Shown: positions 1 through 10,726, counted from the first letter of the stretch. The stretch: 64,000 nucleotides of DNA from an uncultured Aliarcobacter sp. (GCA_963664305.2 CAXXLV010000001.1:512001-576000), one strand, 5' to 3'. Numbers and translations: made by a program. Notes: generated from the letters alone by a model not told the origin.

Positions 1-1554
1 GGACATTTTTTCCTAGATAAAGTATCAGCTATTATAAAAGAAGAGATAAAAGCAAATGGTTGTGTACCATTTGAATTTAATACTATTGGAGTTGATGATG
101 GTATTGCAATGGGACATGATGGGATGTTATTTTCTCTTCCTTCAAGAGAATTAATTGCAAACTCTATTGAAACAGTTATGAATGCACATAAACTTGATGC
201 GATGATTGCTATTCCAAACTGTGATAAAATTGTACCAGGTATGATTATGGGAGCTTTAAGAGTTAATGTTCCAACAATTTTTGTTTCAGGTGGACCAATG
301 GAAAAAGGTTACACAAAAGATGGAACTCCAATTGACTTAGCAACTGCATTTGAAGCTGTTGGAAAACATGAAGCTGGACAAATGAGTGATGAAGAGTTAA
401 AAGATATTGAATGTAATGCATGTCCAAGTGGTGGTTCATGTTCAGGGATGTTTACAGCTAACTCTATGAATACACTTATGGAAGCTATGGGAATTGCACT
501 TCCTGGAAATGGAACTATCTTAGCTTTAACTCCTGAAAGAGAAGAGTTATATAGAAAAGCTGCTAGAAGAATTTGTGAAATTGCACTTGATGCACAAGCT
601 AGAGAAAAATACAAATTAAAAAATATTTTAAATGAAAACGCAGTTAAAAATGCATTTGCTGTTGATATGGCAATGGGTGGAAGTTCAAATACAGTTTTAC
701 ATATGTTAGCTATTGCTAAAGAAGCAAATGTAAACTTTAATCTTGAAGATATTAATAAAATTTCTAAAAGAGTTTCTCATATTGCAAAAATTTCTCCATC
801 TTTATCAACTGTTCACATGGAAGATATCAATAAAGCTGGTGGTGTAAATGCAGTTATGAAAGAGATGACAAAAAGAGGTGATGACATTTTATTAGATAAC
901 CTTACAATCTCTGGTGAAACTGTATTAGAAAAAATCAAAGATGCTTATATCAAAGATACAAATATTATTCATACTATTGATAATCCTTATTCACAAGTTG
1001 GTGGATTAGCAATTCTTTATGGTAACTTAGCTGAACAAGGTGCTGTTATTAAAACTGCTGGAATTACTGGAAGTAGAGTTTTCACAGGAAAAGCTGTTTG
1101 TTTTGATGGACAACCTGAAGCTATTAAAGGAATTGTTTCTGGAAAAGTAAAAGCTGGTGATGTTGTTGTTATCAGATATGAAGGTCCAAAAGGTGGTCCT
1201 GGAATGCAAGAAATGCTTGCTCCAACTTCATTAATCATGGGAATGGGACTTGGAGATAAAGTTGCATTAATTACTGATGGAAGATTCTCAGGTGCAACAA
1301 GAGGTGCTTCAATTGGACATGTAAGTCCAGAAGCAGCTGAAGGTGGAATGATTGGATTACTAAAAGATGGTGATGAAATTCATATTGATGTTGACCAATA
1401 TATTTTAAGTGTAAATCTTACATTTGAAGAAATTGCTCAAAGAAGAGATGAATTCGTACCTCTAAAAAAACCTCTTAACTCTTCTTGGTTAGGACAATAT
1501 AGAGCACTAGTAACAAATGCAAGTTCTGGGGCTGTTCTAAAAACTGATTTATAA
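1..1554 (+). CDS. ilvD: Dihydroxy-acid dehydratase (5' end outside window)
   Basis: Frame is open from base 1 (GHFFLDK...[14 protein letters not shown]). Motifs [46 protein letters not shown]. Confidence 0.97.
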   Translation, partial: GHFFLDKVSAIIKEEIKANGCVPFEFNTIGVDDGIAMGHDGMLFSLPSRELIANSIETVMNAHKLDAMIAIPNCDKIVPGMIMGALRVNVPTIFVSGGPMEKGYTKDGTPIDLATAFEAVGKHEAGQMSDEELKDIECNACPSGGSCSGMFTANSMNTLMEAMGIALPGNGTILALTPEREELYRKAARRICEIALDAQAREKYKLKNILNENAVKNAFAVDMAMGGSSNTVLHMLAIAKEANVNFNLEDINKISKRVSHIAKISPSLSTVHMEDINKAGGVNAVMKEMTKRGDDILLDNLTISGETVLEKIKDAYIKDTNIIHTIDNPYSQVGGLAILYGNLAEQGAVIKTAGITGSRVFTGKAVCFDGQPEAIKGIVSGKVKAGDVVVIRYEGPKGGPGMQEMLAPTSLIMGMGLGDKVALITDGRFSGATRGASIGHVSPEAAEGGMIGLLKDGDEIHIDVDQYILSVNLTFEEIAQRRDEFVPLKKPLNSSWLGQYRALVTNASSGAVLKTDL

Positions 1555-1584
1555 TTAAAATAGGGATAAATCCCTGTTTTAATT
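1553..1584 (+). terminator. Intrinsic terminator after ilvD
   Basis: Inverted repeat aattaaaatagggat-aa-atccctgttttaatt directly after the stop codon. Confidence 0.7.
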
Positions 1585-1629
1585 AACTTTTGATTAACTG
1601 TTTATTGGAAAATAGTTTACTCTTATACT
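1582..1629 (+). promoter_or_regulatory. Putative htrA promoter: ATTAACT-N4-ATTAACT direct repeat plus a -10 element (TATACT)
   Basis: attaact at 1582-1588 and 1593-1599 (11-bp period); tatact at 1624-1629. Confidence 0.4.
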
Positions 1630-1662
1630 TTAGAATGTCAACATAATAAATCGAAAAAGGAT

Positions 1663-3090
1663 ATGAAAGTGAAGAAAAAACTTTTAATAATTTCTACAAT
1701 ACTTGCGACTCAACTATTTGCAAAAACAATAGATTTTGAGATGATGGATAAAAATCCTGTGAGAGTGGCTCCAAATTCAACAAGTGAAATTTTGTCATTT
1801 AATAGTAGTATTAAAAATTCTGTAAATTCAATTGTTAATATTTCTGCTAAAAGACATGTTGATACAAGCCTTGATACTTTACCTCTTCAAATGTTTAACG
1901 ATCCATTTTTCAAAAGATTTTTTGGTGACCAATTTGGAAATCAGTTAAAACAAAATAGAGTCCAAAGATCTTTAGGTTCTGGTGTTATTGTTTCAAAGGA
2001 TGGTTACATCGTTACAAATAACCATGTTATTGAAAATGCGGAAGAGATAACAGTTACTATTGGTGATGATACAACTGAATATAATGCAAAACTTATTGGT
2101 AAAGATGCAGATAGTGATATTGCTGTTATAAAAATTGAATCAAATATTCCACTTAATCCTATAAAACTTGGTGATTCAAATAGTTTATTAGTTGGTGATG
2201 TTATTTTTGCTATTGGAAACCCATTTGGAATAGGAAGTACTGTAACACAAGGTATTATCTCTGCACTTAATAAAAATAAAGTTGGAATAAATAGATATGA
2301 AAACTATATTCAAACTGATGCTTCTATAAATCCTGGAAATTCAGGTGGTGCATTGGTTGATAGTAGAGGTGCATTAATAGGTATTAACACTGCAATTATC
2401 TCAAAAAGTGGTGGAAACAATGGTATTGGATTTGCAATTCCAGTTGCAATGGTAAAAGATGTAGTTGAAAAACTTGTTGCTGATGGTAAAGTAACTAGAG
2501 GTTATTTAGGTGTTGCTATTGCTGATATGGATAGTGAATTATCAAAAGTTTATAAAAGAAAAGAAGGTGCATTAGTTTTAGATATCTCTTCTGAAACACC
2601 TGCTGCTAAATATGGACTAAAAAGAGGCGACTTAATTTATGCTATCAATGGAAAAGAGATAAAAGATAGAAGCTCTTTACAAAACACAATTGCATCTTTT
2701 AAACCAGATGAAAAAATCAAAATAGATTTAGAAAGAGATGGTAAAGATATGTCATTAAATATTGTTTTAGGTGATAGAACAAGTTTAGTGCAAATTCAAT
2801 CAGATAACAATACTTTCTTAGGTGGTTTAAAACTTAGTCAAATTGATGCTGAAACACAAAAACAATTTAGATTATCAAGTGATTCAACAGGAATTTTAAT
2901 TTCTGATGTTGAACCAAAATCTAAAGCAGAAAAAGCTGGTTTCCAAGCTGGTGATATTATTATTCAAATAGAAGATGTTGAAATTAAAAACTTTACAAAT
3001 ATCGAAACAGCATTAAAAAGATATAATAGTAAATACAAAAGAGTTTATGTAAATAGATATGGACAAACAATAATGTTCGTAATTCAATAA
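1663..3090 (+). CDS. htrA: Periplasmic serine endoprotease HtrA/DegP (Do family, two PDZ domains)
   Basis: Signal peptide; TNNHV, DIAVIK and QTDASINPGNSGG catalytic-triad motifs; PDZ domains. Confidence 0.96.
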   Translation: MKVKKKLLIISTILATQLFAKTIDFEMMDKNPVRVAPNSTSEILSFNSSIKNSVNSIVNISAKRHVDTSLDTLPLQMFNDPFFKRFFGDQFGNQLKQNRVQRSLGSGVIVSKDGYIVTNNHVIENAEEITVTIGDDTTEYNAKLIGKDADSDIAVIKIESNIPLNPIKLGDSNSLLVGDVIFAIGNPFGIGSTVTQGIISALNKNKVGINRYENYIQTDASINPGNSGGALVDSRGALIGINTAIISKSGGNNGIGFAIPVAMVKDVVEKLVADGKVTRGYLGVAIADMDSELSKVYKRKEGALVLDISSETPAAKYGLKRGDLIYAINGKEIKDRSSLQNTIASFKPDEKIKIDLERDGKDMSLNIVLGDRTSLVQIQSDNNTFLGGLKLSQIDAETQKQFRLSSDSTGILISDVEPKSKAEKAGFQAGDIIIQIEDVEIKNFTNIETALKRYNSKYKRVYVNRYGQTIMFVIQ

Positions 3091-3101
3091 AAGGATAAGC
3101 C

Positions 3102-3779
3102 ATAATAAAAGTACTTATGATAGAAGATGATTTAGAATTAGCTCAAATCATCACTGATTATTTAAAATCATTTGATATAGAAGTTGTTAACACTGATAGT
3201 CCATATAATGGACTATCAATGCTTAATGTACATAAAGATTATCAACTTATTATTCTTGATTTAACTCTTCCAGAAATTGATGGATTAGAATTAATTCCAA
3301 AAATCAGAGAAAAATCAGATATACCAATTATCATTAGTTCTGCTCGTGATGATATTTTAGATAAAGTTATGGGATTAGAAAGAGGTGCTGATGATTATCT
3401 TCCAAAACCATATAATCCAAGAGAATTGCAAGCTAGAATAAAAACTATTTTAAAAAGAGTAGAATCAAAAGATGAGCCTAAAAAAGCTGAACAAAACTCT
3501 TTATTTGAAGTAAAAGATAGTGATATGCAAATATTCTTTAAAGGTGTTGCATTAACTCTTACATTAGCTGAATATGATATTTTAAAACTATTAATTCAAA
3601 GAAATCATGGAGTAGTTGCAAGGGAAGATTTTATCTATGCAAGTGACAATATAGAAGATGATTCATCACTTAAAAATATAGATGTTATTATTTCAAGAAT
3701 TAGAACAAAACTATCAAAAATCGATGATAGTCAAACTTATATTAAATCTGTAAGAGGTATTGGATATCAGTTAATATGA
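3102..3779 (+). CDS. cprR: OmpR-family response regulator (CprR/ArsR-like); probable ATA start at 3102
   Basis: Receiver motifs (KVLMIEDD, LDLTLP, GADDYLPKPY) and a winged helix (SVRGIGY). The htrA-RR-HK order matches Campylobacter htrA-cprRS. AAGGA at 3091-3095 precedes an in-frame ATA at 3102. Confidence 0.85.
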   Translation: MIKVLMIEDDLELAQIITDYLKSFDIEVVNTDSPYNGLSMLNVHKDYQLIILDLTLPEIDGLELIPKIREKSDIPIIISSARDDILDKVMGLERGADDYLPKPYNPRELQARIKTILKRVESKDEPKKAEQNSLFEVKDSDMQIFFKGVALTLTLAEYDILKLLIQRNHGVVAREDFIYASDNIEDDSSLKNIDVIISRIRTKLSKIDDSQTYIKSVRGIGYQLI

Positions 3780-4999
3780 TAAAAAATATCTCTATTTCTA
3801 CTTTTGTAAATATCATATTTACATTAGCTTTTATTTCTATTTTTATAACTTTTGCAATGTTTATCAACTATGACAAACAAAAACATGAAGTATCACTTCA
3901 AAATAGATATGAATTAATTGCAGAAAATTTTTTAAGTTCATTCCAAAATCAGCCAACAGTTGAATCACTTATAGCTTTATATAAAAAATTCCAAGTTATG
4001 CCTATTGAAGATAGGGATAAAAAACTAGAAATTATTAAAAATGCTCAAGAACTAACAATTACTCAAAACTATTTAGGAACTTATAGAGTTTATAAATACA
4101 ATGATATTTATTATATTTATGTTCAACAGTATGGTTATAATCTTATGTTAAAAGACTCTGCAAACCATAACTATAGTATGGCTTTTATAATTGTTGGATT
4201 TGCTATATCGTTATTTACCTTTTTATTTTTATATGAAATTTTAAAAAGAAAATTAAGACCTTTAAATACATTAAATAAACAAATTATAGAATTTTCTGCA
4301 GGTAGAAAAGACATAAAACTAAACTATACAAGTAATGATGAAATTGGAACAATTGCTAGAAATTTTAATGAAGCTATAAATATAATAAACAATCAATCTA
4401 AATCAAAAGATTTATTTATGCGAAATATGATGCATGAATTAAAAACTCCTATCACAAAAGCTATGTTTATTGCAGAAACACTTGAAGATGATAAAACAAG
4501 AGAAAATCTACAACGTGCATTTAAAAGAATGGATGATATTATCAAAGAGTTAGCAACTGTTGAAAAACTAACTTCTAAAAATACAATGATTTATAAAGAA
4601 GAGACTAATTTCTTTAATATTTATACAAAAACTTTAGAGCTTATGATGATAAATCCAGAAAATATTACGGCAAAAATTAGAGATTTCAAATTTGATGTTG
4701 ATATTTATATGATGTCAATTGCACTTAAAAACTTGATTGATAATGCGATAAAATTCTCTACAAATAGAAAAGCAATAATCAATGCAAATAAAAAACATAT
4801 TGAAATAATCTCTTTCGGTGAACCCCTGAAAAATGAGTTATCATACTACACTGAAGCATTTTCACAAGAAGAAAAAAGAAGTGATGGTTTTGGATTAGGA
4901 CTTTATATTGTAAAAACAATAGTAAGTTTACATGGATTTAAACTTGAATATAAATATGAAGAAGGGAAAAACTACTTTATCATAAATATGACAAAGTAG
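3776..4999 (+). CDS. cprS: ArsS/CprS-family sensor histidine kinase
   Basis: Two TM segments, HAMP, H-box MMHELKTP, N-box NLIDNAIK, G-box GFGLGL; 4-nt overlap with the regulator. Confidence 0.85.
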   Translation: MIKNISISTFVNIIFTLAFISIFITFAMFINYDKQKHEVSLQNRYELIAENFLSSFQNQPTVESLIALYKKFQVMPIEDRDKKLEIIKNAQELTITQNYLGTYRVYKYNDIYYIYVQQYGYNLMLKDSANHNYSMAFIIVGFAISLFTFLFLYEILKRKLRPLNTLNKQIIEFSAGRKDIKLNYTSNDEIGTIARNFNEAINIINNQSKSKDLFMRNMMHELKTPITKAMFIAETLEDDKTRENLQRAFKRMDDIIKELATVEKLTSKNTMIYKEETNFFNIYTKTLELMMINPENITAKIRDFKFDVDIYMMSIALKNLIDNAIKFSTNRKAIINANKKHIEIISFGEPLKNELSYYTEAFSQEEKRSDGFGLGLYIVKTIVSLHGFKLEYKYEEGKNYFIINMTK

Positions 5000-5006
5000 T
5001 TATTTC

Positions 5007-5432
5007 TTAACTTCTTACATCTTTCATAACTTCAAACCAATTTCTATTAAAATGTTTTTTAATATATTTAGCTCTATGAGGCACTATACAACCCGAACAA
5101 TTTTGGTGAATATAATCTTCACCAATATATTGACTTCCATCACGAGACTTGATATTACAAACTGAAAATAGAGTTTTTCCATCTTCTGTTTTTTCAAATC
5201 CATCCATTTTAAATCTAAAATTTGGACAGGCACATAAATAGCAATTTAAATCTTCCATATCATGACATTTTTTATTATCTTTATAAAGTGGACAAAAATC
5301 TGGTTCATTTTTTACCATATTTTCAAATTTAAAATACTCTATTACCTCATCAACTGATTTATCAGTTAATTTTTTCATTACATTTGCATGAAGATTACCC
5401 TGTTGGATAAACCACTCTTCATAAGTCATCAT
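5007..5432 (-). CDS. Cysteine-rich small-domain (zf-like) protein coupled to cbiB
   Basis: FCPLY...CH...NCYLCACP...C...NCSGCIVPH; ATGA overlap with the cbiB stop. Confidence 0.75.
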   Translation of the reverse strand: MMTYEEWFIQQGNLHANVMKKLTDKSVDEVIEYFKFENMVKNEPDFCPLYKDNKKCHDMEDLNCYLCACPNFRFKMDGFEKTEDGKTLFSVCNIKSRDGSQYIGEDYIHQNCSGCIVPHRAKYIKKHFNRNWFEVMKDVRS

Positions 5433-6316
5433 AAAACTCCTAAAACTAATACAATTATTATAAAAATATCTAAACGGTTTCTAAGAGATAATGCCTTTAA
5501 AACATCTTCTTTTTCTATTATCTCTTTTCCATCTCCAAAATATGGTTTATCTTTCAACTTACCAAAATATGAAGTAGGACCGCCAAGTTTAACATTTATA
5601 GCTAGTGCTAAAGCTGATATTGGAAGCCCAGCATTAAAACTATCATGTTTTTTCCCATATTTTTTAAACTCAAGCAATGCTTTTAAACTAAAAAATAGTA
5701 TCGAGATTAAAATAGCTGTTATTCTTGCTGGAATAAAATTTAAAACATCATCAACTCTTGCACTAAATTTTCCAAATTTTTCATATTTCTCATTTCTATA
5801 ACCAACCATAGAATCAAGAGTATTCACAGCTTTATAAATAAATGCTCCAACTATTCCAAAACATAAAAGATAAAATAAAGGTGCAATTACTCCATCACTA
5901 AGATTTTCTCCATAAGTTTCAATAGCAGCTTTGTTTATATCACTATCACTTAATTCTTTAGTATCACGACTTACAAGCATTGAAATTTTTTCTCTTTTGA
6001 TATTTATGTCATCACTTGAAACTACATCTTTTACACTATCATAAAGTAATTTTGAAGACAAAGTAAAGGAAGCTAAAAATCCTTGAACTAAAATATTATC
6101 AAATAAAGATAATAGATATGAGACTATAAATACAATAAACAAAAGAGAAGAAGTAAGTAATACTCCTCTAAAAATAGAATCTTTATAAAAATATTTTTGA
6201 AACCAAGAGATATAATTTCCCATCAAAATAATAGGATGTTTAAAAAACTTCAATTCTTCAAACTCTCTAAAAACTCTATCTAAAATATATGCTATTAATG
6301 CTACTTCATAATACAT
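5429..6316 (-). CDS. cbiB: Adenosylcobinamide-phosphate synthase CbiB (CobD/CbiB family)
   Basis: HP motif, VSRDT, ENLSDGVIAPLFY, YKAVNTLDSMVGY, DDVLNFIPARIT. Confidence 0.95.
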   Translation of the reverse strand: MYYEVALIAYILDRVFREFEELKFFKHPIILMGNYISWFQKYFYKDSIFRGVLLTSSLLFIVFIVSYLLSLFDNILVQGFLASFTLSSKLLYDSVKDVVSSDDINIKREKISMLVSRDTKELSDSDINKAAIETYGENLSDGVIAPLFYLLCFGIVGAFIYKAVNTLDSMVGYRNEKYEKFGKFSARVDDVLNFIPARITAILISILFFSLKALLEFKKYGKKHDSFNAGLPISALALAINVKLGGPTSYFGKLKDKPYFGDGKEIIEKEDVLKALSLRNRLDIFIIIVLVLGVL

Positions 6317-6411
6317 TGAACTTACAAATCCTACGATTTTAATTTTTTAATAAATGTTATAATTTCTAAATAAAATGGAATAGTATCATAGTTTATTAAA
6401 AGGAGTCAAAA

Positions 6412-7833
6412 ATGAAAGTATTATTAACCGGCTCAACTGGATATATTGGAAGAAGATTAAAACAAAAACTTCTAGAAGATAAAAATATAGAATTAAAACT
6501 CCTTGTTAGAAATAAAAATAGTGTACGTTCAAACTTACAAAATAAAATAGAAATTATTGAAGGTGACACTTTTAATAAAGACTCTTTAAAAGAAGCTCTA
6601 AAAGATGTAGAAACTGCTTATTATTTAATTCACTCTTTAAGTAATGAAAACTATAAAGACCTAGATAAAATCTCTGCTCAAAACTTTTTAGATGTGGCAA
6701 ATGAATGCAATGTTAAAAGAGTTATCTATCTAGGAGGTTTAGGAGTTAAAAATGAAAATACAAGTGAACACTTATTAAGTCGTATTGAAACTGGAGAAAT
6801 TTTAAGTTCAAATAAAAATGTTCAAACTATTTGGCTTCGAGCAGGAGTTATAATTGGTTCAGGAAGTGCTAGTTTTGAAATAATAAGAAATCTAACAGAA
6901 AAACTTCCAGTTATGACAACTCCAAAATGGGTAACTACAAAAGCTCAACCAATAGCAGTAGATGATGTACTTTCATATTTATATAATGCATTATATTTAG
7001 AAAAAAAAGAAAATCTAATAGTAGATATTGGAAGTGAACAACTTAGCTATAAAGAGATGATGCTAAAAACTGCAAAAGTTTTAGGTCTAAAAAGATGGTT
7101 AATCTCTCTTCCATTTATGAGTATAAACCTTTCATCTTATTGGTTAAATCTTTTTACTCCTGTTCCTTTTTCTATTGCAAAAGCACTAATTGAAGGATTA
7201 AAATCAGAAGTTGTAATCCAAAATCAAAATGCTAAAAAATATTTTCCAAATATTGCTCCTATTTCCTATGAAGATGCTGTAAAAAATGCAATAAAAGAGA
7301 TAGAAGAAAATCAAGTAATAAGTAGGTGGAATGACAAAGGTGATGGAGTTTGGGATAAAACAAGTAATAGTGAAATATCAAAAGCAATTTTTATAGATAG
7401 AAAAGAAGAAGATATTTCAAATATAGATGCTTCTAAAGTTTATAAATCATTTATTAGTATTGGTGGGGCTAATGGCTGGTTTGATTTTGACTTTTTGTGG
7501 GAATTAAGAGGAATAATTGATAAACTAATTGGCGGTGTTGGACTAAAACGAGGAAGAAGAAGCCAATGTGATTTAAGAATTAGTGATTGTTTAGATTTTT
7601 GGAAAGTTGTTGATTTAAAAGAAAATGAAAGACTTCTTTTATACGCTCAAATGAAAATTCCAGGAGAAGCTTGGCTTGAGTTTAAAATCAAAGATAATAA
7701 ACTAATCCAATCTGCATATTTTTATCCAAAAGGTGTTTTAGGAAGATTGTATTGGTATGCTTTAATTCCCCTACACTATTTTGTATTTAATAATATGATA
7801 AAAAGTATAATCAAAAAAGCAAAAGGCTTTTAG
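6412..7833 (+). CDS. YbjT-like atypical SDR oxidoreductase with C-terminal DUF2867
   Basis: TGSTGYIG Rossmann motif, YYLIHS, SEHLLSR, GSASFE; C-terminal W-LRG-ID-LIGG and DFWKV, MKIPGEAWLEF. Confidence 0.85.
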   Translation: MKVLLTGSTGYIGRRLKQKLLEDKNIELKLLVRNKNSVRSNLQNKIEIIEGDTFNKDSLKEALKDVETAYYLIHSLSNENYKDLDKISAQNFLDVANECNVKRVIYLGGLGVKNENTSEHLLSRIETGEILSSNKNVQTIWLRAGVIIGSGSASFEIIRNLTEKLPVMTTPKWVTTKAQPIAVDDVLSYLYNALYLEKKENLIVDIGSEQLSYKEMMLKTAKVLGLKRWLISLPFMSINLSSYWLNLFTPVPFSIAKALIEGLKSEVVIQNQNAKKYFPNIAPISYEDAVKNAIKEIEENQVISRWNDKGDGVWDKTSNSEISKAIFIDRKEEDISNIDASKVYKSFISIGGANGWFDFDFLWELRGIIDKLIGGVGLKRGRRSQCDLRISDCLDFWKVVDLKENERLLLYAQMKIPGEAWLEFKIKDNKLIQSAYFYPKGVLGRLYWYALIPLHYFVFNNMIKSIIKKAKGF

Positions 7834-7845
7834 CTTATGCTTTTT
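7814..7845. terminator. Probable bidirectional terminator spanning the overlapping stops of the ybjT-like gene and cbiP
   Basis: aaaaagca-aa-aggct-ttt-agctt-a-tgcttttt hairpin across the convergent stop codons. Confidence 0.45.
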
Positions 7846-9230
7846 ATCAAATAATCAATATCTATCTTTTCTTTTAAACTTCCAATAAAATTATCAACTG
7901 TTTTTTTCTTATATTCTTTAAAATCAAATCCAATATAATCACTTTTTATAGATTTAAAATAGTTTGTTCTAAACTCATCATTGTCAAAAATCTTATGTAC
8001 AAAAGTACCTTTAAAATTTTTCTTTTCAAAAGACAAAGGATATTTTTGACACATTCCATGATGTATCTCAAAACCATCTATTTTTGTGCCAAATAACTCA
8101 TAACTCTTTTTCTCTAAAATTTTCTCTTTTTCAAAAACTATCACATCATCTATTAAAGCAAAACCTTCTTCACTGATAGCTTCTTCATTTTCTAAAGAGT
8201 ATTTATCTTCAAGGGTTTCAAACATCATCTCATATCCACCACAAATGGCACAAATATCTTTTTTGTAGTTTTTAATTTGCTCAAATAATCCAGTTTGTTT
8301 TAACCATAATAAATCTTTGATTACAAGTTTACTTCCTGGAAGTATCACTAAATCAAACTTTTCTAAAGAGATATTTGAACTAACAAATTCTACTAAAACT
8401 TCATCATCAGCAATTAGTGGTTCAAAATCATTATAGTTACTCATATATGGATAAGAAATTACTGCAATATCAAGTTTTTTATTTTTTGGGTTTTGAACAA
8501 AGTTTTTTAAACTAGCACTATCTTCAAATCCAAGATTAAATGGAATATATGGTAATACTCCTAAAACTTTGATTTTAAAATCCTCTTCGATTATTCTAAT
8601 TCCTTCATCAAAAAGTGTTAAATCCCCTCTAAATTTATTTACTATAACGCCTATTACATTCTTTCTAAGTTTTTCAGGCAGTAGATTATAAACTCCCCAA
8701 ATAGAAGCAAAAACTCCACCTTTTTCTATGTCTGCCACAAGTATGATTTTTGTATTGTATTCGTTAGCTATAAAAATATTTGATAAATCTTTATCCATAA
8801 GATTTAACTCTACTGGACTTCCAGCACCTTCTGCAACAACACAATCGTATTTTTCATCTAAATATTCATAACATCTTTTAACGGCAGGTTTTAACAAATC
8901 TAAATCTCTATAATATTCTCTTACATCTTTATTTGTAACTACTTTCCCCTCAACTATAAGTGAAGCAGAACTTCCACGACCAGATTTTAGTAAAACTGGA
9001 TTTAGATGATATGAAGTTTTTACACCTAAAACTTCTGCTTGAAAATATTGAGCAATAGCGATTTCACTTCCATCATCACAAACATGAGAATTATTTGAAA
9101 CATTTTGTGCTTTAAATGGTGTAACATTTATTCCCAAGTCTTGAATAATTTTTGCAATTACAAAAGTTATTGTTGATTTTCCTGCATCACTACTTGTCCC
9201 AAATATTGATATGTTATTAATACTTTTCAT
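7830..9230 (-). CDS. cobQ: Cobyric acid synthase CbiP/CobQ
   Basis: GTSSDAGKS, PFKAQN, NPVLLK, EGAGSPVELNL, NKFRGD, glutaminase ICGGYEM and GFEIH. Confidence 0.96.
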   Translation of the reverse strand: MKSINNISIFGTSSDAGKSTITFVIAKIIQDLGINVTPFKAQNVSNNSHVCDDGSEIAIAQYFQAEVLGVKTSYHLNPVLLKSGRGSSASLIVEGKVVTNKDVREYYRDLDLLKPAVKRCYEYLDEKYDCVVAEGAGSPVELNLMDKDLSNIFIANEYNTKIILVADIEKGGVFASIWGVYNLLPEKLRKNVIGVIVNKFRGDLTLFDEGIRIIEEDFKIKVLGVLPYIPFNLGFEDSASLKNFVQNPKNKKLDIAVISYPYMSNYNDFEPLIADDEVLVEFVSSNISLEKFDLVILPGSKLVIKDLLWLKQTGLFEQIKNYKKDICAICGGYEMMFETLEDKYSLENEEAISEEGFALIDDVIVFEKEKILEKKSYELFGTKIDGFEIHHGMCQKYPLSFEKKNFKGTFVHKIFDNDEFRTNYFKSIKSDYIGFDFKEYKKKTVDNFIGSLKEKIDIDYLIKSIS

Positions 9231-9349
9231 AAATTATTTTTTTCCAATGTCTTATTATATATACAACTGTTTTTGTCTTTTATTAGATATTACTGCTATA
9301 ATATCAAAAGCTAAGTATATGTATTAATTCTTAAAATAAAGAATATAAA

Positions 9350-10726
9350 ATGAAAAAATTTAACAAAAACTTTAGCCTCAAATGTATCTACTTTATTGTA
9401 TTTACATCACTTATTGCTTGGGCATTTTTTGCCTACTATACAATGAATAAACAAATCCACAATCAAGAAATTTATGCAAAAATAATAAATCTTAGTGGAA
9501 AACAAAGAATGCTTTCTCAAAAAACTACACTTATATCAAAAAGATATTTTGAATCAAAAGATGAAAATTTAAAAGTTCATCTAAAAGAATTGATTGATTT
9601 GATGAACAAAGAACATAACTATATTATTAGTCATTTAACTTCAAAAGAGATAGAAAAAATTTATTTATCAGAAGATAGACTTGATAAAAAAGTTAAAGAT
9701 TTTATCTCTTTAGTTGTTCTTTTTTATGAAACAAATAATTCTGATTTATTAAAAGATATTGAGAATAATTCTTTTGAACTCCTACCTCTTTTAGATAAAG
9801 CTGTTTATAGTTTTCAAAAAGAGAGTGATGAAAAAACGGCCCAATTATTACAAAGAGAACGTTTTATTTTAATTGGTACACTTTTAACTATTTTAATAGA
9901 AGCAATTTTTATAGTAATTCCTTCTATAAGAATGTGGGCAAAAAAAGAAAAAGAGTTAAAAGAGTTAAATAGAACACTTAAAATAAAAATTAGAAATGCA
10001 ATAAAAGAAAATGAAGAAAAAGAAAAACTAATTCAACAACAATTCCATTTCATTCAAATGGAAGAGATGATTACAAATGTTTCGCACCAATGGCGACAAC
10101 CATTATCTGTTATTTCAACTATTGCAAGTAGTATAAAAATAGAAAATGAAATGGACAAATTATCAAATGAAGAGTTATCAGAAAAAATTAATATCATTAT
10201 GTCAAAAGTGAACTATCTATCAAATACTATAAATAACTTCAATGAGTTTATAAAAATAGATGATGTTTTGGAAAATATAAATATACAACAAACCATCGAA
10301 GAAACTCTTCAAATTTTAGAATCAAGTATAAAAACAAATAATATTAGTGTTAAAAAAGCTTTCTCCAAAGAGAATATATTTTTAGTTGGGAATAATTCAA
10401 AACTATCACAAGCATTGCTAAATATCTTCAACAATTCAAAAGATTTTCTAATAAATAATTCAATTGAAAATAAAGAAATCTCTATAAAAACATATAGAGA
10501 TAACGCTTATGCATATATTGAAATAGAAGACAATGCAGGTGGTATAAAACAGGAAAATCTAAAAAAAATCTTTGATATATACTTTACAACCAAACACCAA
10601 AGCCAAGGAACTGGACTTGGATTGTATATCACTTATCATATAATCAAGAACTATTTTAAAGGTTCAATAACAGCAAAAAATACAAAACTAGGTGCAAATT
10701 TTATTATTAAATTACCTATGAAATAA
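9350..10726 (+). CDS. Sensor histidine kinase with NarX/PilJ-like periplasmic domain
   Basis: Two TM segments; P-box-like INLSGKQRMLSQK; H-box SHQWRQPL; DNAGGI, FTTK, GTGLGL. Confidence 0.88.
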   Translation: MKKFNKNFSLKCIYFIVFTSLIAWAFFAYYTMNKQIHNQEIYAKIINLSGKQRMLSQKTTLISKRYFESKDENLKVHLKELIDLMNKEHNYIISHLTSKEIEKIYLSEDRLDKKVKDFISLVVLFYETNNSDLLKDIENNSFELLPLLDKAVYSFQKESDEKTAQLLQRERFILIGTLLTILIEAIFIVIPSIRMWAKKEKELKELNRTLKIKIRNAIKENEEKEKLIQQQFHFIQMEEMITNVSHQWRQPLSVISTIASSIKIENEMDKLSNEELSEKINIIMSKVNYLSNTINNFNEFIKIDDVLENINIQQTIEETLQILESSIKTNNISVKKAFSKENIFLVGNNSKLSQALLNIFNNSKDFLINNSIENKEISIKTYRDNAYAYIEIEDNAGGIKQENLKKIFDIYFTTKHQSQGTGLGLYITYHIIKNYFKGSITAKNTKLGANFIIKLPMK

